Origin: an uncultured Clostridium sp.
GTDB taxonomy: Bacteria; Bacillota; Clostridia; Oscillospirales; CAG-272
DNA length: 32,630 nucleotides
Direction: 5' to 3'
Assembly (NCBI GenBank): GCA_964564255.1
Contig: CAZMAZ010000004.1
Coordinates: forward strand, 1 to 32,630
In this document: one piece after another, positions 21,776 to 29,720 of the stretch
Numbering within the stretch: position 1 is the stretch's first letter
How the letters are laid out: every line of letters begins with the position of its first letter
Notes under the pieces: model-generated
The model's database searches: none
The model's input: the letters and a program-made list of their open reading frames with translations, nothing else
Told to the model about the DNA's origin: nothing
Made by a program: the position numbers and the translations under genes

Positions 21776-23349
21776 TTTGTTACCTCTTTCAGTATGTTGT
21801 GGTTTGAAAAACGATATTTCTTTTTCGAATGCTTTGTTGTTACTTTGAACGTTGCGAGTCTTTTGTCTCCGAACACTGTTCGGTAGGACTCTGATAAAGC
21901 GTATAATGCTTCTATTTCACGTCCTTCCGGGACGATTAAGGCATTGTTAGTAACAATCATAGGAATTGGGTTACTCAACCTTAAAATCGTTCCCAGAAAC
22001 GCTTGTATTCCCTTTTTGAAGAAATTGTCTTGAGAGATGAATTTCTTGTAACGCTTTTTGATTTGAAACTCACGTTCAGTGAGGAAGTAGAAAAACGAGT
22101 TGATTTCCCTTTTGGTTGCTCCGAGTTTCACATATTTGTGATAACGTTCCCTGAAACTCTGTCTGGCTCTCTGAGGAGTATTTCCATACTGAAACAAAGA
22201 GTCCAAGGCTATGTCATACATCAAGGGATGATAGTTTGAATCAGTCTTATCGAGTAAAGCATTGGTGAACTTGTTTTCGTCTTTTTTTCGTTTCAGACAG
22301 GACTTCAAGTAGAGAACTTGGAGATGTTCGATTTCAATGACTGCGCAGGATTGTTCTCCGAAAGTTACTTCTGTCCAGTTCTTTCTCCTGATTTTAGAAA
22401 CAGGACATTCGAACTTCAACAAATGAGAAAGTCTGGAGTCATTGTATTCCAGACGAGTCTGATTTGGAAGCATTTCACCGTTGAATCGAATGTCAGAATT
22501 CATTTTGTTCAAAAGATCTAACGGCTGGCTGATGGAAAACCTATCTTTGGAGAAATCGTGAGTGAGATTTCCTTTTTCCTTCGGAACTCTTTTGTTCCAG
22601 ACAATTTTCTTTGCCTTGTGAACGAGTAAATCTTCTTTTTGTTCCTGATACTGTAGGGACTTAGAGACGGTATTGATTGATTTCACTTTCAAAACATAGT
22701 CATGGTAGTCATTCAAATTCTTTCCGTGTTTGAAGACTTTTTTGGAAGCGAATTTTCGGACAAGCGAACGGACTACTCTGTCATTCTTCCATTCGCCGTT
22801 AGGGTAGAGGGACTGTTTGAACGGCTGTAAGAGTTCAATTTCGTCGAGCTGTTTTAAGTCAACGACTTCTTGACCACAGATGCCTAACAGGTAAATGAAA
22901 GCCCCGGTATAGGCGATATTGATTCCGAGTTTTCTATTTTCGATCCAGAAGTCTTTTCCTTGGATTTCTGCGTTAAATTCTTTTTGAAGTTCTTCCAACT
23001 GCGTAGAGATGTCATAGGAGTAGATCCGTCCAGGCTTCAAGTTGAAAACACAGGAAACATCCGTGATTTTGATGAGCTTGATTTTCCTTAAGGCTTCGGC
23101 GAAAGCATTCAGGTAAAATCCTCGTTTTTCTTCGAGGTATTTCACTTTGTCGATACGACAAAAGAAATTCAGGAATTTGCTCGGAGTCAGGCAACGTTCC
23201 TCAAGCAGGAAGAAGAATAGAAGTGTCTCAAATGCGTTGAGGTCTTCCGGAACGGAGAGACTATACCGAGCCCGCAATGAATTCACCAGAGTTTCGTCAA
23301 AGTGTTTTTTTCCCATTAACGCAATGACAATGTTTCGAGAATATTTCAA
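21772..23349 (-). CDS. large basic orphan protein (about 525 aa), function unknown
   Basis: A long ORF that is Lys/Arg-rich throughout. It is the first gene after the terminator cluster. The start is uncertain, either TTG 23349 or the first ATG 33 nt downstream, and there is no clear SD. Confidence 0.6.
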   Translation of the reverse strand: MKYSRNIVIALMGKKHFDETLVNSLRARYSLSVPEDLNAFETLLFFFLLEERCLTPSKFLNFFCRIDKVKYLEEKRGFYLNAFAEALRKIKLIKITDVSCVFNLKPGRIYSYDISTQLEELQKEFNAEIQGKDFWIENRKLGINIAYTGAFIYLLGICGQEVVDLKQLDEIELLQPFKQSLYPNGEWKNDRVVRSLVRKFASKKVFKHGKNLNDYHDYVLKVKSINTVSKSLQYQEQKEDLLVHKAKKIVWNKRVPKEKGNLTHDFSKDRFSISQPLDLLNKMNSDIRFNGEMLPNQTRLEYNDSRLSHLLKFECPVSKIRRKNWTEVTFGEQSCAVIEIEHLQVLYLKSCLKRKKDENKFTNALLDKTDSNYHPLMYDIALDSLFQYGNTPQRARQSFRERYHKYVKLGATKREINSFFYFLTEREFQIKKRYKKFISQDNFFKKGIQAFLGTILRLSNPIPMIVTNNALIVPEGREIEALYALSESYRTVFGDKRLATFKVTTKHSKKKYRFSNHNILKEVTK

Positions 23350-23385
23350 TCTTCAAGATCTTTCTACTTTTTCTGTTTCTTGTCA

Positions 23386-23403
23386 CCGGCAATAAATTGC
23401 CGG
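23386..23403 (-). terminator. GC hairpin (second of two) after the patatin/lipoprotein unit
   Basis: CCGGCAA and TTGCCGG form a perfect 7-bp stem with a TAAA loop. The flanking U-tract is weak. Confidence 0.4.
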
Positions 23404-23421
23404 GATTGTAAAGAATTTTAA

Positions 23422-23445
23422 CAGGGTCGGCTAAACCCGACCCTG
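23422..23445 (-). terminator. terminator hairpin after the patatin/lipoprotein unit
   Basis: CAGGGTCGG (23422-23430) pairs with CCGACCCTG (23437-23445) as a 9-bp perfect stem. On the minus strand it is followed by TTAAAATTCTT. Confidence 0.5.
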
Positions 23446-23587
23446 AAAATTCAAACAATAAATTTCATATCTGTTTTATGCCTCCCTTAACGGGAGTCAA
23501 AAACAGAGACTCACGTTTCCTTGTGTTTCTTCAAAGGCTACTTTCGTCACCAGTATATGAAGCAATGGAAAAATTTCGGAAAATATA

Positions 23588-23779
23588 TTAACCTAAAGTA
23601 AAAATAGTTTTAATATAGTATCGCGTACGCGCGAGGAAATCCGGGACGGATTCGCCTTTGTCGATCTGTTGTTTGATCCAGATTTCGTCTTTGGATTCGT
23701 TAAAATCCAAAGAGTTTACACAACCTGATAAAAGCGTTGTTGTTACCGTCAGAGCAAGGAGCAGAAGAATCTTTCGCAT
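23588..23779 (-). CDS. small secreted lipoprotein (63 aa precursor)
   Basis: MRKILLLLALTVTTTLLSGC is a textbook lipoprotein signal peptide with lipobox LSGC. SD-like GAGG lies about 11 nt upstream. The start lies inside the 3' end of the patatin gene in another frame. Confidence 0.65.
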   Translation of the reverse strand: MRKILLLLALTVTTTLLSGCVNSLDFNESKDEIWIKQQIDKGESVPDFLARTRYYIKTIFTLG

Positions 23780-24560
23780 TTTTCAGTGCCTCAAGTGTTA
23801 ATTGTTTACATTCTTCACGGACTTTGAATCCGTCAGACCATTTGAACAAATTACCGCCGTGAGCGGATTTTGGTCGAATCAAAGTTAGGTTTGGAAGATT
23901 CAAGTATCCAGCTTCTTCCAGTTGCGTTTCTTCCCGCATCATTACGGTGAGTAACAGTTGGGCAATTCCCGTCAGACCGAGTTCTTTGCCGTTGTAATCG
24001 GTCTTTGGAGCAAGGAACAGGATAATTCGTTCGTATTTCTGGCAGTCTTCCAGAGACGGTAACGGAACGTTGTTCAAAACTCCACCGTCGCCCCAGAAGG
24101 AGTCGTCTTTCTTTAACGTTTTGAAAACAAACGGAATAGAAGTAGCTGCAAGCGTCCAATCTGGTGTGGCAGGTTTGATATGGGTGGAATAATCGTCCAT
24201 TCTGGTAACGGAGACCTGGACTCGCTTCGACGCTTCGAAACTCATTTCTTCGAGAAGTAGTTCTTGGATTTTTGCGTTATCCAAGCAATAGTTGGATTTT
24301 CCCAAGGCGGTTTTTACCGCCTGGTAGGGAACAACGTCAACCCAGTCGAACGGACTTGTTTGTTCTTGAAGGTTGCTCATCCGTTTTGTAGTAAATCCAG
24401 AGTAATAGAGAGAACAGAACAGTGCTGATCCTGAACTAGCTATAGCTTTCTCTGGAACACAGTCGAGTTCCTCGAGAGCTTGGAAAATCCCGGTATCGCA
24501 CTCTACGGCTTGAAATCCTGCTCCTTGTCCTACAAAAAGCCAGTTCTTCTTGAAGTTCAT
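23700..24560 (-). CDS. patatin-like phospholipase, divergent
   Basis: A Gly-rich N-terminal loop VGQGAGFQAV is followed by IASSGSALF at the nucleophile-elbow position (not a canonical GxSxG). A clear catalytic-Asp motif FWGDGGVLNNVP is also present. Confidence 0.7.
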   Translation of the reverse strand: MNFKKNWLFVGQGAGFQAVECDTGIFQALEELDCVPEKAIASSGSALFCSLYYSGFTTKRMSNLQEQTSPFDWVDVVPYQAVKTALGKSNYCLDNAKIQELLLEEMSFEASKRVQVSVTRMDDYSTHIKPATPDWTLAATSIPFVFKTLKKDDSFWGDGGVLNNVPLPSLEDCQKYERIILFLAPKTDYNGKELGLTGIAQLLLTVMMREETQLEEAGYLNLPNLTLIRPKSAHGGNLFKWSDGFKVREECKQLTLEALKNAKDSSAPCSDGNNNAFIRLCKLFGF

Positions 24561-24844
24561 TTCTTTGTCCTCCAGTTTTGTTTACGCTTTCTCTATTTAG
24601 AAATGAAGCGATTATAAGAGAAAGAACTCCCTTACGAAATTTTTCAGAGAATTCTTCCTGGAAATTTTCAAAAATCAGAAATTAGAAATCGCCGACCGTC
24701 GTGTTTCCTATTTAGAACAAATAGAGATTTTGCTTCGAGAACTTCCCTGTAATTTTCTTTTGATCAGAAAGATTCTTCAAGACTTCATATAAAGGCAACG
24801 GCAGTCAAGGTGACAGCTGAAACAAAAAACCAATGGAGGTTAGT

Positions 24845-25180
24845 ATGATAAAGGTGGAAAATGCTTTGATTCTCGAAGCCGACGAGTTCAGACATCGTGG
24901 GCAATATCGAATTTCCGTGTCGCGCTTTCCTAAACCATTCAAGAAGAATGAACTTGTAAAAGTTGAAATGAGAAGAATCGACTGCGGCGAAAGGATATTG
25001 GCGATTTTCTCCCAGGCAGAACACGAATGGGAGGAAGGAGTGTATAGAGTTACCAAACGTGGACAGTTGTGTTTTACTCCACCAAAAGGAATGATCGCTG
25101 ACTATGAAGAAATTGAGCCGAGAGAAAAAAGATACAAGACTCTCAAGGCTTCAGAACTGGATTTTTCAGAGTTCAAATAA
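24845..25180 (+). CDS. hypothetical protein (111 aa)
   Basis: SD GGAGG (24835-24839) lies 5 nt before ATG 24845. The track's ATG at 24833 is inside the SD and is unlikely to be used. Confidence 0.65.
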   Translation: MIKVENALILEADEFRHRGQYRISVSRFPKPFKKNELVKVEMRRIDCGERILAIFSQAEHEWEEGVYRVTKRGQLCFTPPKGMIADYEEIEPREKRYKTLKASELDFSEFK

Positions 25181-25190
25181 GAGGTAAAAT

Positions 25191-25403
25191 ATGAAAAGGT
25201 ATTTTATTGATGGAGTATCGGAAGTTAGCGTTTCTGATGATGGCAGCGTAGTCTCGATAACTTGTGGAAATTTTTCCGAAGGAGAAATGAAACCTGAATT
25301 TCAGATCGTTCTCCCGGCAAGATCGTTTGTCTCGTTATCCAAGTTTTTCAACCTGGCAATAAATAGGCTGACTTTTCCACAGGAAGAAGTAAAGAAAGAC
25401 TAA
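25191..25403 (+). CDS. hypothetical protein (70 aa)
   Basis: SD GAGG lies 6 nt upstream, and the gene starts 10 nt after the previous stop. Confidence 0.6.
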   Translation: MKRYFIDGVSEVSVSDDGSVVSITCGNFSEGEMKPEFQIVLPARSFVSLSKFFNLAINRLTFPQEEVKKD

Positions 25404-25495
25404 CAATCCATCGAAAAATATTTCCACATCATATATTGATATGAGAAGCAAAGAAAAATTCTCGAAGGAGAGAAAGTCAGAAAGGAATGTATCAC

Positions 25496-26638
25496 ATGAA
25501 ATGGTGGGATCGGTCGTGGAATCCAATCAGTGGTTGCTCGGAGTGTAGCGAAGGTTGTAGAAATTGTGTGGCTTTGCAAAATCTTGTGAAGCAAGGGCGG
25601 TCGTTGAAACCGTCGTTCAATGAAAAAGCGTTTCAGAATAATCTCCGCAGTAACATGAATTACATGGTTTGTTCGCTTGGGGATATTTTCCATCCCGATA
25701 ATTCTTGCGAGAATATTGATGCTATTTTTTCAAAGATGGCAAAGAGAAACACAAACCGTTATTTCGTGTTAACGAAATATGCTTCAGAAATGTTTGAGTA
25801 CTTCAATGATGAGCAACTCCCAGAAGATATCAAGGGAAATGATTGGAAACATCTCTGGGTAGGAGTTTCTGTTGAAAGCGAAAAATATCTCGATAGAATC
25901 GAGAGTCTCATAGATTCTCCTGTGATAAATCACCGTTTTATCTGTCTCGAGCCATTACTTGAGGAAATCAGCATTTCGGAGTATCTCTCTTCCGGGAAGA
26001 TTGAATGGGTGGTAATCGGTGCAGAGACCGGAAAACAAGCGAGAAAAGCTGATCCTGAATGGTTTCGGAAGATTATTTCTGAGTGCCGTCAGTTCAATGT
26101 TCCGGTCTACCTTGATCAGATTGAAGTTGACGGGGAAGTAAAGACAGAAATTGACGATTTCCCGGAAGAATTTCAAATCCGTGAATATCCTTGGATCAGG
26201 GAAGAATTGAATGAATATCACAAAAATTACGTTTTGAGCGGAGTAGGATTTGTTGGTTCAAAGAGAGAACACGGCAAACTTGAATTCTTGATAAAGGCTC
26301 CGGAATACGTTTACAGATACTGGGTAGAGAATTTTGAGTGGACGGGGTGTAAGCAGGAAATTCGTCCAATTTCATTTGCTCCCCAATCTAATGCTTCTTT
26401 CAAAAAGATTTTTCAAGAAATTCATTCTTGCCTCATTAAAGCAATGAACAATCTTGAAGATCGGGGAGCGTCAAAGACTCAGATCGATAAGTTGATGACA
26501 AACGACGTCATGGTTCAGTTTAAGTGGATTCCTCGCGATTTCAATCCCGATAAAATCCCCGAGAACAATGAGAACAAAGACATCAACGTATATTTGAAAA
26601 CCGTAAAACAAATCTTTCAGAAGGAGTATAACCAATGA
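25496..26638 (+). CDS. phage Gp37/Gp68 (DUF5131)-family protein with a C-terminal extension of about 140 aa
   Basis: The N-terminus MKWWDRSWNPISGCSECSEGCRNCVA matches the family hallmark WNPxxGC...GCxxC. The start is probably ATG 25496 with AAAGGA upstream. The stop overlaps the clamp-loader start (ATGA). Confidence 0.7.
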   Translation: MKWWDRSWNPISGCSECSEGCRNCVALQNLVKQGRSLKPSFNEKAFQNNLRSNMNYMVCSLGDIFHPDNSCENIDAIFSKMAKRNTNRYFVLTKYASEMFEYFNDEQLPEDIKGNDWKHLWVGVSVESEKYLDRIESLIDSPVINHRFICLEPLLEEISISEYLSSGKIEWVVIGAETGKQARKADPEWFRKIISECRQFNVPVYLDQIEVDGEVKTEIDDFPEEFQIREYPWIREELNEYHKNYVLSGVGFVGSKREHGKLEFLIKAPEYVYRYWVENFEWTGCKQEIRPISFAPQSNASFKKIFQEIHSCLIKAMNNLEDRGASKTQIDKLMTNDVMVQFKWIPRDFNPDKIPENNENKDINVYLKTVKQIFQKEYNQ

Positions 26639-27684
26639 GCGGAGTAGTGAGCCGAGGACAAAAGGCAATCAATGAGCGTTATCGTCCGATGAGGCTGTCG
26701 GAATTGATTGGCAATGATTACAACAAAGTCTGCCTCAACAAGTGGATTGAAAAAGGGAATTTGCGTAGTCGCGCATTACTACTTTCTGGTCAGACGGGAG
26801 GAGGAAAAACTACTACCGCAAGAATTCTTGCAATGGGGCTGAATTGCGAAAAAGGGGAAACAACAGAACCTTGTTTGGAATGTTCGGCTTGTAAAGCGGC
26901 AATGAACGGTATGGCTTTTCATATTGTTGAGCACAATATGTCAGAAGCGAATACGAAAGAAGCAGCAGAAGCGATCGTTGCTTCAATGAATGATAGAACT
27001 ATTACAGGTCGTCATAAGGTATATATTCTAGACGAGGTTCAGAAGTTGACGAACTCTTCCCAGAATTTGCTTCTGAAGGCGGTAGAGAATCCCCCAGAGG
27101 GAGTTTATATTTTCTTCTGCACAACTGAAGCGGATTCTCTTATCAAGACTCTCCGCAACCGTTGTGAGCATTATCGGTATGAGCTCCCGAATGATAAGGA
27201 CATTTCTTCTCTCTTGGCTTCGGTTGTAAAGCAGGAAAATATCGAATTGACCGATGACCAGAAGCGAGAATTGTTCAGTTTCGTAAAAGGAATGTCCTAT
27301 CGTGAAATTCTTTTTACATTGGAACAATTCAGTGCCGGATTAAGTGTTGATCAGATGGGTGGCAAGATTGTTGACAAAACCGGGACGGATGTCTTTACTC
27401 TCGCAAAGGAAGTTATCTATAACGGAAACTTTGATGCCTGGGTGAAAGCCATGAACAGTGGTCAGAACATGGAATTCGAGGGATTCCGATTGATGATCCG
27501 TAAAATGGCGGCAAAGGAAATTGAGAAAGCGGGATTCAAAAAGACTTCTCGTGCGGCGCTGTATTATGACCTTGTTGATATTATTGACGCAAAGAAATTC
27601 TACGACGCTCAGCCTCAGCCGATTGCAACAGCAATGGTGTGGAGGATTTGTGCTGAGATAAAAGGAAACAGAGACAAACTCTAA
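26635..27684 (+). CDS. dnaX: clamp-loader ATPase, DNA polymerase III gamma/tau (DnaX)-like
   Basis: It has RYRPMRLSELIG, Walker A GQTGGGKTTTARILA and the zinc module CEKGETTEPCLECSAC. Walker B is YILDEVQKLT and the sensor/SRC-like motif is LRNRCEHY. SD AAGGAG is present upstream. Confidence 0.85.
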   Translation: MSGVVSRGQKAINERYRPMRLSELIGNDYNKVCLNKWIEKGNLRSRALLLSGQTGGGKTTTARILAMGLNCEKGETTEPCLECSACKAAMNGMAFHIVEHNMSEANTKEAAEAIVASMNDRTITGRHKVYILDEVQKLTNSSQNLLLKAVENPPEGVYIFFCTTEADSLIKTLRNRCEHYRYELPNDKDISSLLASVVKQENIELTDDQKRELFSFVKGMSYREILFTLEQFSAGLSVDQMGGKIVDKTGTDVFTLAKEVIYNGNFDAWVKAMNSGQNMEFEGFRLMIRKMAAKEIEKAGFKKTSRAALYYDLVDIIDAKKFYDAQPQPIATAMVWRICAEIKGNRDKL

Positions 27685-27692
27685 TCGAAGCA

Positions 27693-27722
27693 ATGCCCGA
27701 TTTTTCGGGCATTTTTCTTTTT
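27693..27722 (+). terminator. rho-independent terminator
   Basis: ATGCCCGA, a TTTT loop and TCGGGCAT form the hairpin, followed by TTTTCTTTTT. It lies 9 nt after the dnaX-like stop. Confidence 0.8.
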
Positions 27723-27780
27723 AGTTCATAGATTTACAGAAGTCAACAAAGATTTTAAAAAAGTCAAAGGAGGCTTTGTT

Positions 27781-27948
27781 ATGTTTGGTGATACGAATGA
27801 CATTGTAGTGTCGATCAAATTAAAGGATTTGAAAGACCTGAAGGATCTGGCAGATTATTACAAAACGGCTTCGGAAGAGCGTGATCGACTTCAGAAAGAA
27901 GTTTATCGTTTGGAAGAAGTAATCGTTAATCTTAAAAAGGGGAAATAA
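27781..27948 (+). CDS. small coiled-coil protein (55 aa)
   Basis: SD AAGGAGG lies 7 nt upstream. The product is MFGDTNDIVVSIKLKDLKDLKDLADYYKTASEERDRLQKEVYRLEEVIVNLKKGK. It is below the ORF-track cutoff. Confidence 0.55.
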   Translation: MFGDTNDIVVSIKLKDLKDLKDLADYYKTASEERDRLQKEVYRLEEVIVNLKKGK

Positions 27949-27950
27949 TA

Positions 27951-28106
27951 ATGAGATGCGAAGATTGCAAACATTTTGAATCGTGTTTGATTGAGTTCTT
28001 TCCTTGTTCCGATTACGATAAAGATAACTCTGAAGAATTGGATGAAGTAGACATTCAAGATCATATAGGAGAGGAAGATGAGTATGAAGACCGAGAATTC
28101 GAGTAA
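27951..28106 (+). CDS. possible small Cys-rich acidic protein (51 aa)
   Basis: The ATG is 2 nt after the previous stop. The product is MRCEDCKHFESCLIEFFPCSDYDKDNSEELDEVDIQDHIGEEDEYEDREFE. It overlaps the next gene by 29 nt. Confidence 0.4.
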   Translation: MRCEDCKHFESCLIEFFPCSDYDKDNSEELDEVDIQDHIGEEDEYEDREFE

Positions 28107-28338
28107 ATTAAGAACTTACAATCTCTCTGATAACGGAATTGTTTCCGTCTTTATTTATCCGGTTCTTGAGCAAAAAGACGGATTAATAAAAACGGCAGGG
28201 ATATGCATTCATGAGTCAGAATTGAATACTATTCGCAATTTTGGAAGTTCATGCTCCATAGTAACCTTTCTGACGAACACTGATGAAATCATTGAAATGA
28301 TGAAAGAAGAAAGAAAAAAGTTCTTTTCTAATTCTTGA
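28078..28338 (+). CDS. hypothetical protein (86 aa)
   Basis: SD GGAGAGG lies immediately upstream of the ATG. This is an ORF-track entry. Confidence 0.6.
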   Translation: MSMKTENSSKLRTYNLSDNGIVSVFIYPVLEQKDGLIKTAGICIHESELNTIRNFGSSCSIVTFLTNTDEIIEMMKEERKKFFSNS

Positions 28339-28363
28339 AATTCTATTCCTGATAATGTATAGT

Positions 28364-28393
28364 AATGCGCTTTCCGATGAACGGGAGCGCATT
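28364..28393 (+). terminator. probable terminator hairpin
   Basis: AATGCGCT (28364-28371) pairs with AGCGCATT (28386-28393) around a 14-nt loop, followed by TATTTTA. Confidence 0.45.
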
Positions 28394-28416
28394 TATTTTA
28401 CAACAGGAGGATTGAA

Positions 28417-28701
28417 ATGGCAAAAGGAAAAAAACCAGAGTCTGTTGAATTCAAATCTGTTTACGAAGGATTCTGTTCCCTTTCAGAGGAAGAACAGGCA
28501 ATGTTTCGCAGCAAGGTTTTCTCAAAAATCTGTACCGGTCTTACCAAAGAACAGAGAAATGAAGTGAAAGCAGAGCGTAAAGCCCTTCTGAACAAGATTG
28601 AGAGCGAAAGGAAAGTTGCTATTCAACTTCAAGCAGTTTCCGCTATTTCTACTGAAACTCTCGAAAATATCCTTGCAGAGAGAAAGAAAACTTCAAAGTA
28701 A
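28417..28701 (+). CDS. hypothetical Lys/Glu-rich protein (94 aa)
   Basis: SD AGGAGG lies 6 nt upstream. This is an ORF-track entry. Confidence 0.65.
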   Translation: MAKGKKPESVEFKSVYEGFCSLSEEEQAMFRSKVFSKICTGLTKEQRNEVKAERKALLNKIESERKVAIQLQAVSAISTETLENILAERKKTSK

Positions 28702-28726
28702 TTTTTTGTAATAACAAGAAAATTTA

Positions 28727-28779
28727 AATCCGCTTCATATATGTTCAGAAATATTGAACATGATGGAGCGGATTTTTTA
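28727..28779 (+). terminator. compound hairpin plus T-run abutting the next start codon
   Basis: The outer stem is AATCCGCT (28727-28734) with AGCGGATT (28767-28774). The inner stem is ATGTTCA with TGAACAT. The hairpin is followed by TTTTT and then directly by ATG 28779. Confidence 0.45.
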
Positions 28780-29720
28780 TGCCTTATATACCTACTGGGT
28801 GTAGGTTCGGATTCCTTACCGATACCCATTTTTCTGTAGTCCGAAATGATTTCAGGACAGATTGCTTTTTTGAAAGTGTCATATCAAAATTTTCGCAGTG
28901 TTATGACTATTTCAATTCTTCAGGCTGTGAATTCATTATTCACGGCGGTGACATGTTCGACAAGTATCGTTCATATTTTCATCCTATGCTTTTGCGTGTC
29001 CGTGAGACTATCGTAAAAAGCAAGATCCCTACATATTTCATTTGGGGGCAGCACGATCTTCTTGGTTATAACCGGGAGAGCTCCAAGAATTCTAATCTTG
29101 AGTTCCTTAAAGAAATCTGCGATGGGAAACTAATTGAAATAACTAATCACATTGAAACTGGTTCGGTTTATTTGTATGCTTCCCATGTAGACCAGAATCC
29201 GGCAGAAGTCCTCCAGGGCATCAATAAACGAATCCTGAAGCCAACGGTTGCTATAGTACACGCTCTGCTTCATAATGCAACAAGCAATTTTGGAACAATA
29301 GATATTTGTTCATTTGGGAAAGTGAAGCCAGTTCTTGTCCTTTCTGGGGATCTTCATTGCGGATTTGATTATACAAAAATAAATGACACAGTGTTTTACA
29401 ATCCTGGATCATTAGCAAGAACAGAGCGTACAGAAAGAAAGCCGAAGTGCGCAATAATTACTCTTCAACCGTGGATGACGGACTGGATGATCGATATTGA
29501 AGAGTTCTTCCCCCGTTGCGAAGATTATCCGTTCCCGAAGGAAGAAACACCAGAAGTCAAAGTCTCTGACCAACAAGACTCAGAAGAATATATTGAAGCC
29601 TTTGAGAAGTTTAAATCCGAAACAAAAGATATTATCGAACGTCTCGAAAAGGTTGGGGAACATCATAAGATAGATAAAGAAGTTTTAGAATACATTAAAT
29701 CCAAAAGGGGAACAAAGTAA
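28779..29720 (+). CDS. calcineurin-like metallophosphoesterase, Mre11/SbcD-like nuclease
   Basis: The motifs appear in the canonical order for the phosphoesterase family: LTDTHF (DxH), HGGDMFD (GDxxD), WGQHDL (GNHD-like), IVHAL and SGDLHCG. Confidence 0.75.
   Translation: MPYIPTGCRFGFLTDTHFSVVRNDFRTDCFFESVISKFSQCYDYFNSSGCEFIIHGGDMFDKYRSYFHPMLLRVRETIVKSKIPTYFIWGQHDLLGYNRESSKNSNLEFLKEICDGKLIEITNHIETGSVYLYASHVDQNPAEVLQGINKRILKPTVAIVHALLHNATSNFGTIDICSFGKVKPVLVLSGDLHCGFDYTKINDTVFYNPGSLARTERTERKPKCAIITLQPWMTDWMIDIEEFFPRCEDYPFPKEETPEVKVSDQQDSEEYIEAFEKFKSETKDIIERLEKVGEHHKIDKEVLEYIKSKRGTK

Noticed and set aside
23851-24159. 102-aa minus-strand ORF nested in the patatin gene in another frame.
   Set aside because: It has Arg/Ser-rich composition, no SD and no motif. 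The patatin frame carries the recognisable DGG box across the same DNA.
23588-24560. Interpretation of the patatin/lipoprotein pair as a classical i-spanin/o-spanin (Rz/Rz1-like) pair.
   Set aside because: The larger protein has no N-terminal transmembrane anchor or coiled-coil periplasmic domain. The lipoprotein is not Pro-rich, and no holin or endolysin is adjacent. The overlap geometry alone is not enough.
28355-28567. Plus-strand 70-aa ORF.
   Set aside because: It starts inside the terminator hairpin at 28364-28393. It overlaps, out of frame, the SD-led ORF 28417-28701, which has a much better start context.
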